NCBI RefSeq assembly: GCF_014396165.1
Contig: NZ_CP060715.1
Span: 1,830,001 to 1,862,000, forward strand
Length of the DNA: 32,000 nt
Direction: 5' to 3'
From: Erysipelothrix inopinata
Lineage (GTDB): Bacteria > Bacillota_I > Bacilli_A > Erysipelotrichales > Erysipelotrichaceae
The first letter of the stretch is position 1. Each line of letters opens with the position of its first letter. This document shows positions 27,865 to 32,000 of this stretch, in pieces. A program made the position numbers and the translations under genes. Below the pieces are notes generated by a model that saw only the letters and a program-made list of their open reading frames with translations, did no database searches and was not told where the DNA came from.

Positions 27865-27880
27865 TTTAAATACTTCCTTT

Positions 27881-28522
27881 CTATAGATTCTGATTTCTTT
27901 GCTTTTTGATACGTTGTTTATAATCAGGCATATGTCTTTCTATGATTGCATAGAATCGATGACTGTGATTAAACTCAATCCGATGGGCACATTCATGTAA
28001 AACAACATATTCAATAAATTCAACCGATTCATGGTATAAATAGGTATTAAATGCGAGTTCATGATTGGCACTACAGCGTCCGTGGAGACGTTTATACTTT
28101 CGAACCTTGTATTCAGGAACATCAAGATTCAAGAGTGAAGAATAATGGTCTAACATCCGATCAAGTTTCTCAACTAGCTGTTTCTTAAAATACGTTTCGA
28201 CATATTTTTCAATTTTCTGATGGGATACATTCGAAGGATAATAAATGATAATTTGGTCTTCACTTTCTTCAAGTGACAAGCGAACAGATGGTACATATTC
28301 AACTTCTTTTATATCGCCAAAAACGCGGAGTGATTCGTCTTTGAATTCGAAATTTAGTTTTTCATAGCGGTTGATGTTTTTCGCAATCCAGTCAGATTTT
28401 TCATTAATAAAATTTTGAATGATTCGATCATCCATATTGTACGGAGCTCGCACATACGCCCGACCGTCCCTAACTTGAATTGCAAGTGTTTTTCTGTCTG
28501 ATTTAATAATTTCTATCTTCAT
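27881..28522 (-). CDS. YgjP-like (DUF45) M48-family metallopeptidase
   Basis: 213 aa. N-terminal IIKSDRKTLAIQVRDGRAYVRAP and the HExxH motif in VVLHECAHRIEFNHSHRFY. Confidence 0.8.
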   Translation of the reverse strand: MKIEIIKSDRKTLAIQVRDGRAYVRAPYNMDDRIIQNFINEKSDWIAKNINRYEKLNFEFKDESLRVFGDIKEVEYVPSVRLSLEESEDQIIIYYPSNVSHQKIEKYVETYFKKQLVEKLDRMLDHYSSLLNLDVPEYKVRKYKRLHGRCSANHELAFNTYLYHESVEFIEYVVLHECAHRIEFNHSHRFYAIIERHMPDYKQRIKKQRNQNL

Positions 28523-28528
28523 GTGAGT

Positions 28529-28552
28529 ATCATATCATAAACATGATATAAT
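28529..28552. promoter_or_regulatory. Two overlapping divergent extended -10 promoters in the 45-nt spacer
   Basis: Plus strand TGaTATAAT (28544..28552) serves the HAD gene. Minus strand TGaTATGAT (28537..28529) serves the DUF45 gene. Both sit in the inverted repeat ATATCAT-aaac-ATGATAT (28532..28549). Confidence 0.45.
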
Positions 28553-28567
28553 AGGCACGGTGATAAA

Positions 28568-29338
28568 ATGAATCGTAGTGAAATTTTTTATTTTGATGTG
28601 GATGGTACGTTGCTTGATAACGCAACCCATACGGTCCCTGAGTCAACATTAGAGGCTCTAAATGAATTGAAATCTAAAGGTTATCTTGTTGCTTTGTGTA
28701 CAGGTAGAACTCTCGTAGGAATTCAAGAAGCAGGTGTTGATAAGCTCATTGATTGGGATGGTTACGTCTTAGCAAATGGCTCCCTCATTCTTGATAAAAA
28801 TATGAATGTTATTAAGGAAGTCGTTATGGATCCTAAGTGGGTACAGACACTTGTGAAGCACAATCCTGGCCCTCTGTTGATTGAAGGTGAACGAAACTTT
28901 CTCACAGGCGAACCCAATGATCGTCTTCATGCCGCTTTGGAACACTTTAAAATACCAGAGGTATATCCTGTAGAAACATATACAGATCAAAAAGCATACA
29001 ACATCATTACTTATAATTTTGATACATTCCCAGAAGATTTAAAAGAAACTTTCTTCGAAGATATCGATATAGTATTTGATCAACTTGGAAATTCAGAACT
29101 TATATTGAAAGCTTCAGGAAAACACAACGGTGTTCAAACCCTCAACAAGCATTTAAATGTCAGTTTATATTCCGGTTTCGGAGACGGACATAATGATGTG
29201 GATTTCTTAAAAAATGCGAATTATTCTGTGGCAATGATGAACGGTTGTTCTGAAGTTAAAGAAGTTGCAACCTTCACAACCCTAGCTGTTGCTGATAACG
29301 GCATTGCGCACGCATTAAAATACTTCGGAGTATTATAG
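28568..29338 (+). CDS. Cof-type HAD-IIB family hydrolase (sugar-phosphate phosphatase-like)
   Basis: 256 aa. Motif I FDVDGTLLD, motif II CTGR, and C-terminal GDGHND. Confidence 0.88.
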   Translation: MNRSEIFYFDVDGTLLDNATHTVPESTLEALNELKSKGYLVALCTGRTLVGIQEAGVDKLIDWDGYVLANGSLILDKNMNVIKEVVMDPKWVQTLVKHNPGPLLIEGERNFLTGEPNDRLHAALEHFKIPEVYPVETYTDQKAYNIITYNFDTFPEDLKETFFEDIDIVFDQLGNSELILKASGKHNGVQTLNKHLNVSLYSGFGDGHNDVDFLKNANYSVAMMNGCSEVKEVATFTTLAVADNGIAHALKYFGVL

Positions 29339-29347
29339 GAGGATTCT

Positions 29348-29965
29348 ATGAATCATACAGATGAAGATTTAATTAAAATGAATGTCTTTAAAGATAAACG
29401 TCGACGCATGTTATATCTTATTAAAGGAAAACAAGAAGGATACCACCTCCAAGAAAGTGATTTAAAAATCTTAAACTTACTTGATGGTCGAAAAATGTGG
29501 TCCCTCATGATTTTTGTAATGATGCTTGGAATCTTCAAAATTCAAATTATATGGTCTATCGCAGTCCCTGTTGTGGTCTATATTGCCATGACACTTTATT
29601 TCAAATTTGTATTTTTAAAAGATCGTAATATCGTGAAAATATCGGATGCGGATTTTGAAAGAATGGAACGTCCTGAGATGATTGAAGCATCAAACAGTGA
29701 TAACTTACTCTTTACAATCATTCCTCTTTTCGCAGTTCTAATTATAGTATTATCGAATGTTGAAAAAAATGCAGCAGTAGCAGTGACAACTATGGATACC
29801 ATCCTCTATTATGTTGCTGATGTCATTTTATTAAGTATTTCATTCTTCTACGGATCACGTTATTTCAAAACCAAACATAAATTAAAAGCTCTAAAAGTTT
29901 CCGAAAACAATCCAAAAGAAGCTGAAGAAACTAAAAAAGAATCAAAGAAAAACAAGAAAAAATAA
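29348..29965 (+). CDS. Hypothetical membrane protein (about 4 TM segments, lysine-rich C-terminal tail)
   Basis: 205-aa ORF with an AGGAGG SD, starting 9 nt after the HAD stop. I recognise no family. Confidence 0.6.
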   Translation: MNHTDEDLIKMNVFKDKRRRMLYLIKGKQEGYHLQESDLKILNLLDGRKMWSLMIFVMMLGIFKIQIIWSIAVPVVVYIAMTLYFKFVFLKDRNIVKISDADFERMERPEMIEASNSDNLLFTIIPLFAVLIIVLSNVEKNAAVAVTTMDTILYYVADVILLSISFFYGSRYFKTKHKLKALKVSENNPKEAEETKKESKKNKKK

Positions 29966-29984
29966 ACTCAATATCTAAATACTC

Positions 29985-30022
29985 AATGCACTCTGTACAT
30001 TTCCTACAGAGTGCATTTTTTG
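29985..30022 (+). terminator. Strong intrinsic terminator after the HAD/membrane-protein pair
   Basis: AATGCACTCTGTA-catttcc-TACAGAGTGCATT (13-bp perfect stem) followed by a TTTTTTGTTT tract whose first two T form the end of the 3' stem arm. Confidence 0.85.
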
Positions 30023-30117
30023 TTTAAATACAATTTTGATTGTTGAATTTAGAGCATTTGCACTCTTAGAGCGATACTTAACTATCTACGATACAAAACA
30101 GGATAAGTGATATTTTT

Positions 30118-30750
30118 TTAACAAAAATCGATTATTCGAACTTTTTCTTCGTAGTACTCGATTGTTGCGATATCATCGAGTGACGCTATCTTATGCTGAT
30201 TCATAATTTCCTCAATATAGGACTCATCCTTACCAATTTGTTTTAAGTTCTCTGTATAAATCACTTTATCAACGACAAGAAGGATTGGAAATTTTTGGCT
30301 TTCCTCCTTAGTAATCACGACAAGTTGCCCATTTTGTTCCAACTGAGCATGAAATATAGATTGGATATCCACTATTCCTTGGAGCCTCAACTTGAGATAC
30401 AAATCAGATAAATTAATTTTAGCTTTCTCAACGCCGCTTCTTACAATTGCGCCATCTTCGATTACAGTAATTGTTGAACCATCCAGTGTTTTACGAAACC
30501 AATTATTCTTCTTTCTTAAAAAATTAACGGAGAGCGAAATCACTGCCCACGACGTCATGACAAAAACAAAATCTAAAACAGTAATCGAACGTGAATATAA
30601 AACACCTCCAATAATACCACCCAGAATATAGTTTTGAATTTGATCAATGGGTGACATTGGGGCTAAATTAGATTTCCCCGATATTTTCATTACCGCTACA
30701 GCATAAACAACACCAATTACGAGTTTTAAAAAGACATTAAGATAATCCAT
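30118..30750 (-). CDS. DUF421 (YetF-like) membrane protein
   Basis: MDYLNVFLKLVIGVVYAVAVMKISGKSNLAPMSPIDQI... is typical of DUF421. I place the start at ATG 30750 (AGGAGG SD). The ORF-track start at 30777 lies inside the upstream terminator hairpin. Confidence 0.78.
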   Translation of the reverse strand: MDYLNVFLKLVIGVVYAVAVMKISGKSNLAPMSPIDQIQNYILGGIIGGVLYSRSITVLDFVFVMTSWAVISLSVNFLRKKNNWFRKTLDGSTITVIEDGAIVRSGVEKAKINLSDLYLKLRLQGIVDIQSIFHAQLEQNGQLVVITKEESQKFPILLVVDKVIYTENLKQIGKDESYIEEIMNQHKIASLDDIATIEYYEEKVRIIDFC

Positions 30751-30760
30751 AGTTCCTCCT

Positions 30761-30789
30761 AAAAAAAGACTGTCCAAACAAGGACAGCC
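30761..30789 (-). terminator. Intrinsic terminator after the EIIC/small-membrane-protein unit
   Basis: Minus strand GGCTGTCC-ttgttt-GGACAGTC (8 bp including one G-U) followed by TTTTTTT. Confidence 0.7.
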
Positions 30790-30802
30790 TTAAAGTCATA
30801 AA

Positions 30803-31087
30803 TTATTTCTTTTTGTTTTTGAAGTAATAGAGCAATCCAATAACTACAACTGCTACAATACCTGCAGTAATAAACATTGCTTTCCAAGATCCAAAGACTG
30901 TTACAGCTAAGTAGTTTACGATAGCTAAGATAAGTCCTAGACCTCCAATAATAATATAAAAACTTTTTGGCTCAATCTTTAAAGTTTTAGAGATGAATTC
31001 TTTTTTACTCTGTGCAAAGTATCCCCCTACTAAAATTAAAGCTGTCACAACAATGATTAGCCAGTTCAAATCAAAGAACGTTCCCAT
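30803..31087 (-). CDS. Hypothetical small membrane protein (94 aa, about 3 TM segments)
   Basis: AAGGAG SD with 7-nt spacing. Lies 56 nt downstream of the PTS EIIC gene, on the same strand, with no terminator between them. Confidence 0.55.
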   Translation of the reverse strand: MGTFFDLNWLIIVVTALILVGGYFAQSKKEFISKTLKIEPKSFYIIIGGLGLILAIVNYLAVTVFGSWKAMFITAGIVAVVVIGLLYYFKNKKK

Positions 31088-31143
31088 ATGTTTTCTCCTT
31101 AGTTATTATTCTAATTCTATTTTAACTTTCATTATCACAAAAT

Positions 31144-32000
31144 TCAAGACATACTCTCGATAGGTTTGATTTCATCCATTTTGCGTTGCTCTCTCTTAAG
31201 TTCGCCTTTTTTCTCAATGGATTTTACGAAGGGATACCAGATCATCATTGATATTCCTAGGTTCACTACTACAAGTAATAAAGCACCCAAACTCTGTGTC
31301 ATCATCCATGCACTAATACCTATTGGCATGTACCACATACTAAAGGCTGTAGTTGGTGCAGGTGCGATTCCTATTTTCACAAACAGATACGTAATGATGG
31401 GCAATACTAACCCATTGATCCACATTGGTATCATCAAGGTAGGATTCCATATTACAATTCCAAATGATACAGGTTCGCTAATATTTAAGACACTAGGGAC
31501 GATAGAAGCCATTCCAAGAGTTTTGAGTGATTTGGATTTGGAGAAAAGTAACAAGAGTGTTAATCCAAGAGTAGCACCTTTCCCACCCAAATTAATATAA
31601 GCAATCCAAGTTTCATTGGTGAAAATATTTTGAGCTCCTGCAAGAGTATTCATAAGTATAGCTCCATTAAATACAGGATTTACAATCGGAGCCATAACCC
31701 AATTACTAATTCCCATAGAATAAAACACAACTGGTAAGAAACTCAAAATTACAAATCCAAAGAAAGTTTGAGCAATACTTTGAAGTGGCATTAACATGTT
31801 CACCATATACTTGTAGAGATCAAACTCTAAGAAAATAACAATAAACCATGCCGTAAATACAGCGACCAAGATTGGTAATACAGAATCGGTTCCATCAACC
31901 AGTGTCTCTGGAAAATTCTTAAAATATTTGGTTATCGTAAACTTTTCAAAAAGAATAAATATCTTAGCCGTAAATGTTCCCGCAATAATAGCGACAAACA
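31144..32000 (-). CDS. PTS sugar transporter subunit IIC (lactose/cellobiose family), C-terminal part; gene start lies beyond window end
   Basis: The frame stays open from the ORF-track TTG at 31869 up to position 32000 (…FVAIIAGTFTAKIFILFEKF…DSVLPILVAVFTAW…). It is a polytopic membrane protein resembling the CelB/LicC-type EIIC C-terminal half. Confidence 0.75.
   Translation of the reverse strand, partial: FVAIIAGTFTAKIFILFEKFTITKYFKNFPETLVDGTDSVLPILVAVFTAWFIVIFLEFDLYKYMVNMLMPLQSIAQTFFGFVILSFLPVVFYSMGISNWVMAPIVNPVFNGAILMNTLAGAQNIFTNETWIAYINLGGKGATLGLTLLLLFSKSKSLKTLGMASIVPSVLNISEPVSFGIVIWNPTLMIPMWINGLVLPIITYLFVKIGIAPAPTTAFSMWYMPIGISAWMMTQSLGALLLVVVNLGISMMIWYPFVKSIEKKGELKREQRKMDEIKPIESMS

Noticed and set aside
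31166-31600. 144-aa plus-strand ORF antisense to the PTS EIIC gene
   Set aside because: It is a shadow ORF of a hydrophobic membrane-protein gene, with no SD or recognisable motif.
1-32000. Search for a novel multi-gene system: CRISPR repeats, defence islands, toxin-antitoxin pairs, prophage or integrase genes, secretion or biosynthetic clusters
   Set aside because: Nearly every ORF over 90 aa is accounted for by a recognisable housekeeping or common accessory family in conserved Bacillus-like order. No spaced direct-repeat array, integrase, nuclease/helicase defence gene or small paired ORFs were seen. Claiming a hidden system would not be supported.

Overview
AT-rich (by eye mid-30s % GC) chromosomal core region of a low-GC Bacillota genome, possibly an Erysipelotrichia- or Bacilli-like lineage; the species cannot be assigned from sequence alone. 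About 30 tightly packed genes, mostly on the minus strand, form three blocks with Bacillus-like gene order. Block 1 is polA-mutM-coaE-dnaB-dnaI. Block 2 is radC-mreC-mreD. Block 3 is gmk-priA-rsmB-stp-pknB-rsgA-rpe-thiN, with rpmB facing it. ftsA-ftsZ, namA, rqcH and a small accessory patch (27.2-32 kb: S51 peptidase, DUF45/M48 peptidase, HAD hydrolase, DUF421, two unknown membrane proteins, a PTS EIIC) fill the rest. Non-coding elements I can support are a methionine-specific T-box leader in front of a solitary metQ, one intact 1523-bp ISLre2/UPF0236-type insertion sequence with 24-nt inverted repeats and a 9-bp target duplication, several intrinsic terminators and some sigma-A-like promoters. 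I found no CRISPR array, prophage, toxin-antitoxin, defence or biosynthetic cluster, and no convincing novel multi-gene system. The points most worth a second look are smaller. An orphan ZnuA-fold lipoprotein has all three metal-ligand histidines replaced. Five same-orientation TTGTGAA (Rex half-site-like) heptamers lie upstream of ftsA. The DnaI N-domain lacks its zinc ligands. The IS sits exactly between two back-to-back promoters. The DUF45-S51 operon may be leaderless. All alignments and structures were judged by eye.
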